DNA of 63,849 bases, filler included, from Choristocarpus tenellus KU-1152 (lineage: Eukaryota > Protista > Phaeophyceae): assembly GCA_964200185.2 (NCBI GenBank). It is 12 parts of 12 records of this genome, joined end to end, with 100 filler letters (N's around TTAATTAATTAA, not from the genome) between each part and the next. Parts side by side here need not be neighbours in the genome. Positions count along the whole stretch, not along the records: positions 10,017 to 20,575 come from CAXNAD020002856.1; positions 20,676 to 24,137 come from CAXNAD020019870.1; 10 more parts are not named here. The stretch is one strand, 5' to 3'. Numbering within the stretch: position 1 is the first letter of the stretch; every line of letters starts with the position of its first letter. Shown piece after piece: positions 10,479 to 23,802 of the stretch. Both the position numbers and the translations under genes were made by a program. The notes beneath the pieces were generated by a model. The model was not told the origin of the DNA, made no database searches, and saw nothing but the letters and a program-made list of their open reading frames with translations.

Positions 10479-13400
10479 CTTCTGCGCTAGCGGACCAACC
10501 TCACCGACATCCACCGGGGCATAAGCTGAGAGCAAAGCAATAAAGCTTGACGCGAACAAAGCCATCAGTTTGTCGCCTCCCTTCAGGTCACCCGCTGCCA
10601 ACTGGGAAGACAAGACGCTTGAGGGGGGAAACGACTCGTGGTGGGGTTTCAGGGCAGTCCGGAGTATATCCTGCAGCATACAGGGCAAAGGGGATAAGGT
10701 TAGGGCGAAAAGGGACAGAAAAGGGTATTGCCCATACAGGGTATACCTGTACCTTGCGCTGTTGAATGCACCCACCGCCTATGATTTAGAGGAATAGCTC
10801 GATTATGTTAGGAAAACCCATCCTTGGTTAATAAAAAAATATATATCATGAAAGGAGAACAAAAGAAAATCTAAAAGAAGGATGTGAGATGTGTGTGTTT
10901 CATTACTCATCTTGGCTTTTATGGGAGGGGGGCCAATACACACTATCCTAGATTCTATACCTTACCTATATGCACACTGTACCAGAGGAAAGATAGTCCA
11001 GTAATACCTTTGCAGGATTGGACTACAATATACCCCAAAAAGGATGTACTCTTCACCAAGTACACACATAAAACACAGTACAAGTGATACACACCCCTGA
11101 AAACATCACAAAAGACCACAAAAAAGATAAAATACCATCTAGGGCCTTGCCTCCAACTATGGAGGGGAAGAGGTTATTACTTGTATCTTATTTTACCTTC
11201 TCCTCAGCACTCAGCCGGAGCAATTGAAGGCCAAAGACATCACATCCTCCCAGCAATGAAACACAAGTCTTGTGCCAAGTTGAATACCCTCCAGGAAAGA
11301 AAAAAAAAGGAACTTCATAAAAAAATATATCGTTTCCCCCCCCCCTGAAGCACCACTTTTAGAACAGAAAAGGAAATATTGTTTTTATCTCATCAAACCC
11401 CAACTAGAACGGTAAACATATTATTATTTTTTTCGTACCAACAAAAACAATCTCATGCAAAACTGAAAAAAAACAATTCTTACCCGCAAGAGCCATACAG
11501 CACCAGCTAAAAAAAGGTGTACAGCAACTAAGTATGCAGTATATGTCAAGTTAAGGTACAACACTATAGTCACAGAGATCCACCGCACCTGCTTTACACT
11601 TCCTCCTCCCCCCCCCCTCCAAAAAAAATAATAAATCTGCACATCTGCCGGTTCCAACGCAGCACCACCCGCTATGGGACCCCAAACAACGCAACATAAC
11701 CAATCCCTAAGCACAAACAACCCCCAAGTATAAACAATCCCAATGCATAACCATGGAAGAAGAATATATGCATCATACAGAGCTCCCTGTCCCTAACATC
11801 CGTGACACAAAAAAACAAAAAAACAAACCACACCTGAAAACGCCTCCGTGCCTCCCCCTCATCATTCGCCATCCCCAGGATCGTATACAGGCCCATCACA
11901 AAATCTGAGTGCATAAGAGCAAACATGGAGTTCAACACCCTACGGTGGCTTACGCCCGTGGTATTGAGGAGGCAATTCGGAGGATGTAGCCCATTGTACA
12001 AACAGGTCGCATTGGCCAAGGACGTATGCATCGCAGGTAAGACGGATGATACAGTTTCAGAGGAAATGCCATCCATGCCTGCCCCAGCCCGCGACCGCTT
12101 CCGAATGTTTCTTTTTCTTTTAATAACAGCATCTTTCTCTTTTTCCGCAATCACCTGAAAAAAAAGAAAAGAAAAGAAAAGAAAAGAGAAGAAAGAGAGA
12201 GAGAGAGAGAGAGAGAAGTGGTGTTAGGGAACAATCTACTTCGCCAACAGAAATCAAGTCAATAGCTTTCAACTGCAACACGACATAGCCAGAAAAGGCA
12301 AAGACCACTAGTGAATGAAGTATCCGTTTCCCCTTCTGCACCTGCCAGTATCTGTGAAAAAAATATTTGGATCGCCTGGACTATATTGCCTTCAGCTTAC
12401 ACTATACAATTACTCCAGCTACATACACACACACACACACACACACAAAATAATAACTAGCAACATTGAAACCGGTCTAGGAAAATAGTGCAGTATACTA
12501 ATTGTCATAAACTGTCACCACTCATAAGTGAACAAGACAAATCATCACCTCTGACTATATACAACATGAGACCTACCATATCAGACACAAGTGGTATTGG
12601 ACAAGACAAATCATCACCTCTTCGCATCCCCTGAAATCAACTTAAACACAAAAAGTAGTGGAAACCCTCCCCTCCCTCCACCCTTCTCACCCCCCCCATG
12701 CAACTCCAATAACCTCCAACAGAAACAAAAGGTATCTCTTACGTGTCTCAAATAAAAACAAATTACAGCAAGAGTAGAAACTGAGTTGCTCGTTAGGACC
12801 ATTGTTATCAATCATGTGTGTGTTGATACCAATGGGCCTAACGAGCAACTCAGTTTTTACTCTTGCTGTAATTTGTTTTTATTTGAGATTGAAAATCGTT
12901 CAAAATAGCAACCAATACCTCACAAAAACACCTCACCCTCCACACACAGCCCACTCACAAAAAAGAGTACTTACAAGCCACTTCAGAAGAAGACAAGGTG
13001 GGGAGAAAAAATGAGAAACACACCAGACCTTTTTGTTTTTGTTTACACAAACAGGCAGTTAAAAAAACAAACAAACACATACACACAATTATCCAACATG
13101 AAAAGTTGTTATCAGTAAAAAAAATGCCACCTTTTTCACAATTAGTAAACATTTTTGTCTACAATTACGACAACAACAGCAACATTTCACAATTTGGACA
13201 ACATAACACTCAACACTATGTTATATTATGCTCACAACACAGGAGACGAAAACACATGTAACACTACACAGTGTGACCGAGACTCTCCCCTACAAAAATT
13301 ACAAAATACAAGAACCCTGCCTAGAATATTTTTAGTACTCCGTTCCAAACACATATACACACAAATACATACACACACACATATACACACACACATATAC

Positions 13401-15698
13401 ACACACACATATACACACATATACACACAAATACATACATACATACACACACACATACACACATACACACACACATACATACATACATACACACACACAC
13501 CACATTTTTCAAAACATCACCACAGAGCGTTAGCACTATACTACAAAACTGTTAACGCTGCCAAAGGTGTGCAACACCATACACTAAACGCAAAGGGGGA
13601 ACACCCTCAAGAAAAGGTCTTGTGTCACTTCCTAGTGTCATGCTGAGGCACCAAAAGCAATACACCCACCATGATCATCCCTCACCTCAAGAATTCGCAT
13701 CTTCTGAACCTTCCCCTTATGATACCGTCGAGCCCAGAGCATGCCCAGGAAAGGCTTGTCCTCTGGCCGTAGCAGTAGTAACTGCAGGGTTACGGATTTA
13801 GGGTTAGGGGGAGAGGATTTGAATATATTAAAAGACTTCTGTTGGGTTTCGGAGTGACGGTTGAGGGTACACACGACTGCAAAATAAAAATATATATATA
13901 TTGTGATAGGATCAGGGATTGGGTCGGGAAATGAGGTTAGGGCTAGGGTGCAGAACGGCGTTATAGTTAGGGTTAGGGTGAAACATGACATCTAACCTAT
14001 TCCTTTCCAAATCTTAAAATGTGTAACTGATAACAGTTACATCTTCTACATAATAATTTATTCTGCCCTCACACAAGCCTTGATTCATACACCACCCTAA
14101 CCACTCTCAGAACAAGGTCTCGGCAGTGCTCACCCTCTGGATGCACAGCCTACCTCCTTCTCCGACAACTAAATCATACCAATAACCAAATAGACATCAA
14201 CGTTGGAATCCACACCGCTCTTAAGTAAGTTGTTAACATAGACTCAAGGCCGCCATCATAAACTAAAAAACAAGAGACATTTCAACAGTAAGTACCAAAA
14301 GTAAGTACCAATAGTAGGTACCAACAGTAAGTACCAGCAGTAGGTACCAGCAGCAAGATTCCCTCATGATATCCACAATCTGTTTCAGTCTCATCAATAT
14401 ATCAGTGGTCACAAACACACCATCCGCAATTTTGTGTCAACCCTGCAGGGTGTAGGCATGTCCTGATGTAGTCCTACCATCAGAACTTCAGCTGGGATAT
14501 CAGCTGGTCCCTCCACTTCCTGAACATCCACACCCCTGACGCATCCACCAACAACTCCATCATTTGCTTATCCTCCATGTAACACTGCTTTTCCTTAGCC
14601 CAACACACCCAACATAGAGAGAAAATAATAAAAAGATAGATTATCTACATAATAATAAAAAGATACATTATCTATATTTTACAACTGTCGCAATTTAAAA
14701 AAAAAATCGAATAGTACCACACCTGGTCAGTTCTTCCCATCAGAATCTCATGCACGTCATTGACAAGTAAAGCACTCTCCTGGTCCATATATGTACCCAA
14801 CTCCATGTGAACAGACTCCCCGCAACAGCTCTTGCAAACTCTGACACGGAAAGTTGGTGGCCCACCCTAATCGAGAAGGGGTGCATACATCGACTAACTG
14901 TAGGACAAATAACTAACCAATAACTAACCCCAAGCCTGACTCTAACCCTCAAAATTGCCAGGGAAACAAAGGTCCACGTCTTCTAACAAGGCTTTGTCTT
15001 TGTGAGCTGTCGACATGAGGGAAGAAGCTTGAGAAATTGGAGGGAGAGGACACTGATGATATGTATATTCTTGTTGGAATGGGCGACTGTCATTGGATTA
15101 AGAGGAAACCGTGGATACTGGCTTCACCAGTCATTACATACTCTACCTTCCAAATTCTGACACACCTTTCCTCATATCAACAAAAAAGCTAAGGAAAAGT
15201 CTGTCAAGACACAGCCTAAGGTAAGCCTCCACCGACCAATCCCCCCAACCTCTAAAAAGTAATATTGTTGTGCTTTCTCCAAACACAACCATGTAATGGA
15301 ATGGCTACAATGTAGTAGCACACAACAACAGGTTCCTGCCCAGTGAATAGGAATGTCAACACGCCCTCTTTTTTTTATTTTGTTTTATTTTGTTTTATTT
15401 TCCTGCCCATTCATTCCACATTCAAAACACCCTTTGTCCACACCATGCAGAGCCAATGTCCCCCCCGTCTGAGAGGCATCACAAGAATTTTCTCAGCTGT
15501 ATTCAAGGCTTCTATAATCTGTCATACAAGACATAAACCACCAAAATTGAGAGAAGTTTACTGTAAAATGGTCTCTAAAAGCCATAAACCACCAAATTTG
15601 AGAAGTTTACTGTAAAGTGGCCTTTAAAAGACCATAAACCACCAAATACAAAAGTATAGTTTTCTGACCAACCACTTCAGGAAGCAAAACAGCAAACT

Positions 15699-15748
<50 letters not shown>

Positions 15749-15987
15749 ACCTGACTGAAAAGAACCTGTCCTGGAAATATTATTCTATGCAGATAGATAG
15801 TACTCGCCTTCCATACAATAGAACGAATAAATACAACCCAAGACTTTCCCCTGTAGCAACAGACCTTGGTTGTACTGTTTGTGGTCACATGGTGAGTCTT
15901 GGTGGGAAGGACCATACCCATCTGTAAGGCGGTGAGTGCCTTGACAGGGTGACCAGCAGCTAATTGCGTCTCTCTCAAATGCATCAC
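10479..15987 (-). CDS. Unknown multi-exon gene, partial
   Basis: Exon candidates with splice sites: 15918-15987, 15808-15850 (GC donor), 14723-14779, 13686-13781, 12240-12351, 11834-12154, 11197-11268, 10479-10670. The last four, and separately 14723-14779 with 13686-13781, join in frame. Some linking exons are unresolved and no family is recognised. Confidence 0.7.
12746..12888. repeat. Near-perfect intronic inverted repeat (hairpin)
   Basis: tctcaaataaaaacaaattacagcaagagt..ctgagttgctcgttagg..cattg.tatcaa followed by its reverse complement after a ~10-nt loop. Confidence 0.95.
13350..13502. repeat. (AC)n/(ACAT)n compound microsatellite
   Basis: Direct inspection. Confidence 0.95.
14283..14356. 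repeat. 13-bp tandem repeat (cagtaagtaccaa-like) x5-6
   Basis: Direct inspection. Confidence 0.85.
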
Positions 15988-16807
15988 CTTCGAGGATTTA
16001 ATAAAAAAAATAAAAAAATAAAAAATAAAAAACAAAATGTCACTGGAATCACAGTAGCTAATCCCTGGGTAAAAGGTTTTGCTAAGGATCTAAAAGATTA
16101 AACCATTTCGATTTTTATGTAAATAATCATGGGGGCAGTCAAACCCATCTCATGCCTGAATTCAATCCCTACAAAATAGGTTTGTTACTCTCTTTTGGCT
16201 ATTCCTGCTAGTGCCCCAGCAATTAAGCATGGTAAAGTGGCAGAAAATAATTTGATAGTAATTTCCCAGCATGAGATATTGTCTTCAACAAAAGCAGTAC
16301 ATTAGTACTATACTAGTAGGACAAGAAATCCACATTATTTTAATATATCCTCTTACTTTTATCAGTGAGGCAATAGAAGGAGAGGGGTCAATATGTAGTA
16401 ACAAAATATTGATAAAGTAGGATGAGAAATTGACATCATTTTAAGATATTCTAATGATCAATAACCAAGACACTAAGAGCATGGAATTTGCACCAGACTC
16501 TTCTTGATTACCAGATACATGCTTTGGTAAAAATCTGAAGAGCTACAAAAAAGGATATACTTGTAGGATATCACCCTAACATCGATACAAACAATGAAAT
16601 GATATACTTGTCTATGGTCCTTTCAAATCACTTTCAATTTGGTTCTTCTGCCTTCGAGAATTCACAACAACTGCAATTATTATAATTTTTACCATCAATA
16701 TTAATAAAACCGTTTAAAACTCAGAACGGAACCTTTTTGTACTTTCCAATTGAAAAATTATGAGAGATGACCAGGGAGACTGAAGTAAATACATCACCAC
16801 TTCACTT

Positions 16808-17430
16808 CGTGGTACATCGTGATACATCGTGGTACATCATGATACATCCTGGTACATCGTGATACATCATGGTACATTGTGTGTTACATAGTGATACATG
16901 ATACATCCTGGTACATTGTGATACATTGTGTTATATAGTGATACATCATGGTACATCGTGGTACATTGTGTTATATAGTGATACAACATGGTACATTGTG
17001 ATACATCCTGGTACATCGTGATACATCATGATACATTGTGGTATATCGTGGTACATCATGATACATCCTGGTACATTGTGTTACATAGTGATACATCATG
17101 ATACATCCTGGTACATCATGATACATTGTGGTATATCGTGGTACATCATGATACATCCTGGTACATCGTGATACATCATGGTACATCGTGATACATCATG
17201 GTACATTGTGGTATATCGTGGTACATCATGATACATCCTGGTACATTGTGATACATCGTGGTATATCATGATACATCCTGGTACATTGTGATACATCATG
17301 ATACATTGTGGTATATCGTAGTACATCATGATACATCCTGGTACATTGTGTTATATAGTGATACATCATGGTACATTGTGTTATATAGTGATACATCATG
17401 ATACATCCTGGTACATCGTGATACATCATG
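16808..17430. repeat. 10-bp-unit minisatellite (GRTACATCRT-like), ~60 units
   Basis: gatacatcat/ggtacatcgt/gatacatcct/ggtacattgt variants in register; it abuts the Copia LTR. Confidence 0.97.
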
Positions 17431-17437
17431 AGAATAT

Positions 17438-20400
17438 TGTCCGGGTTGTTACAGTACAACAAGAAGAACCTTAGAAAAGGGGAGGTTGTAGCAGGTAACA
17501 AAGAATGAGTGATGAGTTATTAGAATACAATGATTTGGTGACAAGGACTTGGGCTTGGATGTTCACTCCTCCTTTCACCTTCCTTACTTCATGTACAACC
17601 TGTTCTACACAATGAGGAATTAATCGAGTCATTTACATAAACTAGTCTTGGAAACAACAGCCTCTTTAACATGCTAGCTAGCATTACTTATTGAAGTGTG
17701 CCAAGTTTTCAAGGCTAGCGTAAATCAAGTTGAGGGGGAGTCCCAACGGAGGCGGCTGTCGGTTATAGCAGACGTACTTCGAGAAGAGCGGAGTATGAAG
17801 ACACAACACCTGTAACACCAGTTGAAGACCAGTTGAAGATGGTGGAGGGGTGGTTGAGAAGCTGAAGAGGTGGTTAGGATAATCCCAAAACAGGAGACAC
17901 CACCTGGACAGAGAATGTGACGACTGATACCATTGCCGTCCAACTTCAACATTTATAGTGGTGATGATGATGGGAAAGGATACGTGCAAAGTTTGAGAGA
18001 AACTTCCTCTTGTGGGTCGCCGATATGGGGGATTAGAAGGATGTACTACTCTCAGATGATCACATCAAGGTGAGTTGTGATTTCTTTGACGATTAAAAAT
18101 GTGGTCAGAAAGTGAAGTAAAGTGAAGTAAAGTAAGTCGAGGAAGCAAACATGACCATGTCAGCTATAGTGATGGGTTTTGATAGGCTTGCGAAACAAGC
18201 GGCGGATAACCATTACAGTCCTTCATGACCGTCCTTCCGAAACTTTCCAAAGCTTTGAGGAACCATTTCACCAGAAGCGGTATCACAGAGAGGGCTACCA
18301 CGAGGTCCAAATTGAATTCACTTCCCCTTCCTGTGGGGGAGTATCCGTCCGCTGTCCGTCATCATGGAAATGGACAGGATTGTGAAAAACGAGATCAATT
18401 GATCGAAGAGAGATGAACCAAGTGAGGAGGAACAACCAAGCGCCATGCACAACTGCTTGACTGAAGAATATTTTGTTGAGATTCGTCAAGTCACTGGGAG
18501 AGGATGTCAAGCAAGACTTGATTGATCTACAACTGAGAGTATGCAAGACTTACCACCCACCTACGTCAACATCAACAAGAACAAAGCATGGCTAGTAATG
18601 GTGGTGACCTGATGGTGAGTGGAGCCTGTCCGAGAGGTGGATTTACAGGGTTTCAAAAGGATCGGCATTCAGGACGCATGGAGTGGTGGCTATGTGGAGA
18701 ACCGCCCTTTCAATCCCCTTGCCACCAGCCCCCATGCTCTTTCCTCGCGTTCCGGGACACGAACAGGGGTATACTATGTCTGTGGAGTGAAAGGACACAA
18801 GGCTTACTGTTATCCTAAACGCGCTGGAGCTGTTGGAGGGGCTGATCAAGGATCGGGTCAAGGATGGACTAACTCTGGACCAAATCCCCGAAGGAAGAGG
18901 AAGAATGGAAAAGGGAAGGGGAGAGGGGATGCAACCAACACTGATGAAGCTCGAGATGGGGAACACAAAGCTAGTTGTACACCGTCGAAAGCTAATAAAA
19001 GAAGCTTCTTGACAATTCCTGACCTTCACTCAAGACGACTACCTGAAATACCAGACATGACAGAGAGAATTGTGTCCGGACTAGTTCTAGCCGTGGGGGA
19101 GGCGGGAACAGACTCACTCGCCCAGATAAGCGCTGGAGGAGACCCTGTCACAGGTAGAACATCTGAGGAGAATGCAATATCAGAGGATACCCTTGAAGGG
19201 GTTTCAGGATACGCCATCGACCCAGGGGGGACTGTTGAGGAGAGGCCTACCTCAAAGATGACTGAAATGGATGTTGATAATCATGTAGATAATCAACTGG
19301 AGAACACTTAACGTCAGAGGAGGATGTGGAATTTGATGAGCTTGCCCAAGGTGGGGCCAGAGTTTTTGTCACTGCCCCGTGGGGGCCAAGTGAGGGAGTG
19401 AGACCCACTAGTAGTTTGAACATCCATCAAATGCATCACCAACTGGGTCATTGCCATGAAGTGACGGTACGCTGGTACACCAAGGATCATAGGATTCATT
19501 TAACTGGAGAGTGGCAACAGTAATAAAAGGGGTGAGCTATTGGTAAGCCTCACCGCAAACCCCAGTGTTCCCAGAGTTCTTGGGCACACACATGGCTCAT
19601 GTGTTACAACACGCTCCAGAAGCTTACCTCCACAGGATGTATAGCTCCAATCCACAAGCCCATAAACGGCGCTAATGGTTGCCTCGCAGGATATTCCAAC
19701 GGTCAATAGGTCCAATGCACAGGTTAATGAGCGTCAGCTCACCAGAACAGGGGTACTTTTCTCAATCAGTATTAGTATATGAATTTGGCACCAATTCCAA
19801 AGATGGCGTTGTGCAGATCAGGGAAACGCTTGGGGAGGGTGTTCATTCATCGCAGTGGACCTAAGCCTAGGGAGAGCAGCCCGAGCAGATTTATTTGTAT
19901 GAGATGCTCATGGTCTGCGATAAGACTGGGATGGGTTGGCTACGATTTTTGCGATCGCAGGATGAGACTGCCAAGGTATTCAGGGCTTTCATCCGGGATG
20001 TAACTGAAGCGGAAAATATCAGCATTGGGTGTTTTGAGGACTGATGTGGGGATGGAGTTCAAGAATGCTGACTCTGAGGATGCACTCGATGAACACAAGA
20101 TCCAGCATGAGTATTTTGTGCCTGGAAATCCTTAACTCAATGGGAAGGTGGAACGGGCTATTGCACTGATAGGGGAAAAGGGCTTGGTCATGACGCATTC
20201 AGCTGTTCTGGGGGATCGACTGGGATTGTGGGCTGAGGCCCATAACATGTCTAACACCCTTACTAACTTGTCCCCCACATCTGCTAATCCTCACCGGAGG
20301 TCTCCAAAAAAAATGTTTTATGGTGTTCCTGCACATCCTCATCTATTGCCACTTTGGGGTTCCAAGGGATATACTAGAGTGGATAACTGCATGCATAAAT

Positions 20401-20505
20401 TGACTCCTCAAGTTGAACCATGCTTGATGATGGAACTGTCCTCCAACCACCCTCCTGATACGTTGCAGGTCCTGCTTCTCAAATTCAGGGAAAATAGTCC
20501 ATAGA
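17438..20505 (+). mobile_element. Ty1/Copia LTR retrotransposon, decayed 5' half
   Basis: 5' LTR TGT...ACA 17438-17671; PBS-like tgctagctagc; gag remnants (ALRNHFTRSGITERATTRSKLNSL); zinc knuckle (VCGVKGHKAYCYP); GAG-pre-integrase (HHQLGH); integrase (RVFIHRSGP, LRTDVGMEFKN, NGKVERAI, LWAEA). Many stops and frameshifts. Confidence 0.92.
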
Positions 20506-20575
20506 GGGTCAAAGTATCTGGGGGGGGCTGGTTTGTGAGGGGGCGTCTGTTTCGGTCAAACAACTCTTTTTTTTG
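20506..20575 (+). mobile_element. MITE family C left end, interrupting the Copia integrase region
   Basis: gggtcaaagtatctg+G tract+gtgagggggcgtctgtttcggtcaaaca; same as 63788-63849. Confidence 0.85.
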
Positions 20576-20675
20576 NNNNNNNNNNNNNNNNNNNNNNNNN
20601 NNNNNNNNNNNNNNNNNNNTTAATTAATTAANNNNNNNNNNNNNNNNNNNNNNNNNNNNNNNNNNNNNNNNNNNN

Positions 20676-22782
20676 CCCCCCCCCCCTCCTCCCTGCCCCC
20701 CGTCCCCCTCCTCTTCTTACTCCTCTTCGTCATCCCCTTCATCCTCCTCATCATCCTCCTCTTCATCCTCCTCGTCCTCCTTCGCGTCGCTGACATACTT
20801 CGGCTCGTCTTCCGGCGCAGAATCACCGGCGCCCCTCTGCACCTTGCGACCTTTCCCCTTTCCACCTGTGCGGGAAGAGGGACGATTGCGCTTTCTACTG
20901 GTGATTGGCGTCAAGTCCGAGTCCGAATCCCGCACTTCGAACCCACAAGAACGCACTACCGTAAGACCCGGGAGCACGTAGAATGGAGATCTCATGTCAT
21001 TCTTTGTCCGTGGTTTGCACACCCTCCCAACTACGGGCGTGACGAACATCTGCTCTGGGCCAACTTGGGAGAAGGGGAGGAGGACCTTGTCACGGCTTCC
21101 GCTCTGCGGAACTCTTGATGTGAGTTCAATGTTGGTGTTTGACGAAAAAACACAATGGCGGTTTGACTTGCCTTGCAAGCAGATGGATGCATAGCCCTTG
21201 CTTTAGAGAAGTGAAGCTGGCAAACTCCTTGCGAGTCAGATAGCTCAGTGTGACCGCGTTGCGGTCGACCTGTGGTGACGAGGTCTCACACACTTCCTTC
21301 AGCACCTCAAAGGACTCTGGTTGAAGGGACTTTACGCCTTGCTGCCAGTTTCGTAGAATTGTTTTCGGCGGGGGGGTAACGCCCACCTTCGCAATGGGCA
21401 GAAAAGAAAAATATAGTGCACCCAGCCAGCCAGGATGAGGCATCATTATTACCACGCCAACGGGGTATGTATGAGTGTGGGGGGGGTGTTATTCGGTGGC
21501 CTGGCCTACTGATAAAACCAAGAACACTTTTTATTGTTCGTGTGTATACAACACAGATACAGCATGTGGTTGCCCACGAAGGAGAGGGTTTGGTTCACAA
21601 AATGATGCATTGTGCGTTTATTATCTCAGGCAATATTGCAACGGTCCGAGTAAGGAGTGGGCCTTACCCGGGGGAGGGGAGGGGGAGGTGGTATGATACT
21701 GAGCGGTCTGGCCTACCTAGTGCTGAAAGAAAAAACTGTTCACTTCGTCTGTGATTTTGCACACACACATACTACAGGGTCACCCGAACATAAAGCATTT
21801 GGTTGACAGGGTTGCTAAACGCGGGATAACTATCTGAACTTAGGTTGAATAGGAAGACACAGAGAGATCTTTACAACAGCTGTAACCCAACAAGAGGAGG
21901 AGTAGAGCGCCACCATCCCACCAATGTTGACAACTCCCTCACCTTTTTGTACATTTTGCGGATCTTTGCTAGTGACTCTTCTTTCTTCTTCGTCTGGCGC
22001 TTGATAGCTTTTTTGAGCTCGTGCTGAAAATACACCTTATCGTACAGCGTGCACTCAACCACACTCTCAGTCGTGTCGTTGAATGCTATAAGCGTGGTGG
22101 TGCAGTGGGCGAACGGGGCAAGGGGTAGGTGGGAAGTGGTCGCGGAACACACGCGGCAGGCAGTAGTGAGCAACATGTTGCTGCTGACAGAAAGACCACG
22201 ACGGATAAAGAAGATCAACAACGAAAAGATCAACAACAGGCTGACTGACGATGAACCAAACAAAGGAAACTCGGCAACAACTTGGTAGATCAGAAGAGTC
22301 ATCAGGCGATCATGGAACAACGACAACACTCCATCACTCACACCGTTGGCAATTAGCCTCTATTCTGCTTGGTTGAACTCCATGTAGACCCGCATCATGA
22401 AAGCGCGTTCGTGATCAAACTCTCTATTCCACACCATTATTCTATGGTTTCCATCCAGTGTTCGTCCTTGAACGGCAAGCGTGGTGTCGGCGGTGAGCTG
22501 GTCCCCGTTGCCTAAGCAGTCTCGTTGGATGACGATGGACGGAGCAAAGTGCTTGAGCCAGCCTTTTTCACTGATAGACTTGCTGATGCGTGCAAGGCCA
22601 AGCTCGCTCAGGAGACGCACCATTTCTGTGCATGAGATGTTGCCGAGTTTCATCTTGTACATGCCGAGGTAGTGCTGTTTGAGGAGCAAGGACATGCCCT
22701 TGGCATTGCTGTCCGACGCTCTCGATCCGTGGGCAGCGCCATTGGCGCGCAGGGGGGTCGTTGTTGAGCGAATGTTGGACAT
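20676..22782 (-). pseudogene. Spliced ParB/Sulfiredoxin-like domain + putative HTH + acidic tail gene with premature stops
   Basis: Exons 22344-22782, 21943-22085, 21172-21386 (GC donor) and 21113 to the contig end are all phase-consistent. Motifs: SKSISEKGWLKHFAPSIV, RTLDGNHRIMVW, RLIANAFNDTTESVVECTLYDKVYF. In-frame TAG at 22360-22362 and TAA at 20717-20719. Confidence 0.65.
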
Positions 22783-22917
22783 GGCGAAGATTCGGAAGGT
22801 GTGACGGGGATAGATAAGAAAGAGCTGCTGGTGGTATGTGTGGAAGGGAAGGAATAGAAATGAGGAGTGAGGGCTGGGAGGTGCTGCTTTATTTCGTCTG
22901 GTCGGTCGGTGCCCAAA

Positions 22918-23800
22918 GAACTCAGATTTCTCTTTCCGTTGACAATTGTGTTCCAAAAAATGTGAACATCGAACAGTATACGATTTCATATTTAAGACAG
23001 ATAGAGAGTAACAGTTTTTTGTGACCTTTTCGTTTCGGAACATTTCAAACGTATTAGATCAATGAAGTATGTGGTTTGTATTTGTATTTGTTGATATTAA
23101 GAATAGAATATAATTTTTATTTCATAAAAACCAGAATACACGCATTTTCCAGAACATGGATTTCAGGCTGGTCAGACGGATCACTTGAAACTCAAGTTCT
23201 TTTTCCGTTGATAATTGTGTTCCAAAAAATATGAATATCGAACAGTATACGATTTCAAACGTATTAGATCAACGAAGTATGTAGTTTGTATTTTTATTTA
23301 TTGAAATTACAAACATAATCGGATTTACAATTCCTAAAAACCATAATGCACGTATTTTCCGGATCATGGATTTCAGGCGGGTCCGATAGATCGCTCAAAA
23401 CTCAAACATTGTTCATACGCTCGGCTTCGAATTCAATTTTATTGTGCCCAAGACCGACTGTTGCCTGAAACCAGATTAGAATCTATTTTTTATTTCATCA
23501 CAGCGAGAATAAACGCGTTTTCCATAACACAGATTTAATTCTAGTCCAACGGATCTCTTCAAACTCAAACATCGTATGCCCGGCTTCGAATTCAATTCTA
23601 TTGTGCTCAAGACCGACTGTTGCCTGAGACCAGATCAGAATCTAGTTTTATTTCATCACAGCGAGAATAAATGTGTTTTCCAGAACACAGATTTCATTTT
23701 GGTCCGACGTGTCTCTTCAAACTCAAACATCGTACGCCCGACTTCGAATTCAATTCACTCCTAGACCTCACTGCCCAAGACCGACTGTTGCCTGAAAACA
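22918..23800. repeat. AT-rich direct-repeat array between divergent genes
   Basis: Duplicated block starting at 22933 and 23202, then ~160-bp units starting at 23398, 23561 and 23719 (aaactcaaacat..cttcgaattcaatt..caagaccgactgttgcctga). Confidence 0.92.
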
Positions 23801-23802
23801 CC

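Noticed and set aside
13155-13646. His/Thr-rich and Val/Cys-rich ORFs
   Set aside because: Translations of an AC/ACAT microsatellite.
16808-17430. CRISPR array or repeat protein (MYHDV ORFs)
   Set aside because: No unique spacers and no cas genes; the ORFs are by-products of a 10-bp unit.
22360-22362. Stop-codon reassignment or readthrough in the ParB-like gene
   Set aside because: TAG terminates UBA1 normally and other exons have no in-frame stops; point mutations in a decaying copy are simpler.
23398-23800. CRISPR-like repeat-spacer array
   Set aside because: Units are similar along their whole length, with no unique spacers.
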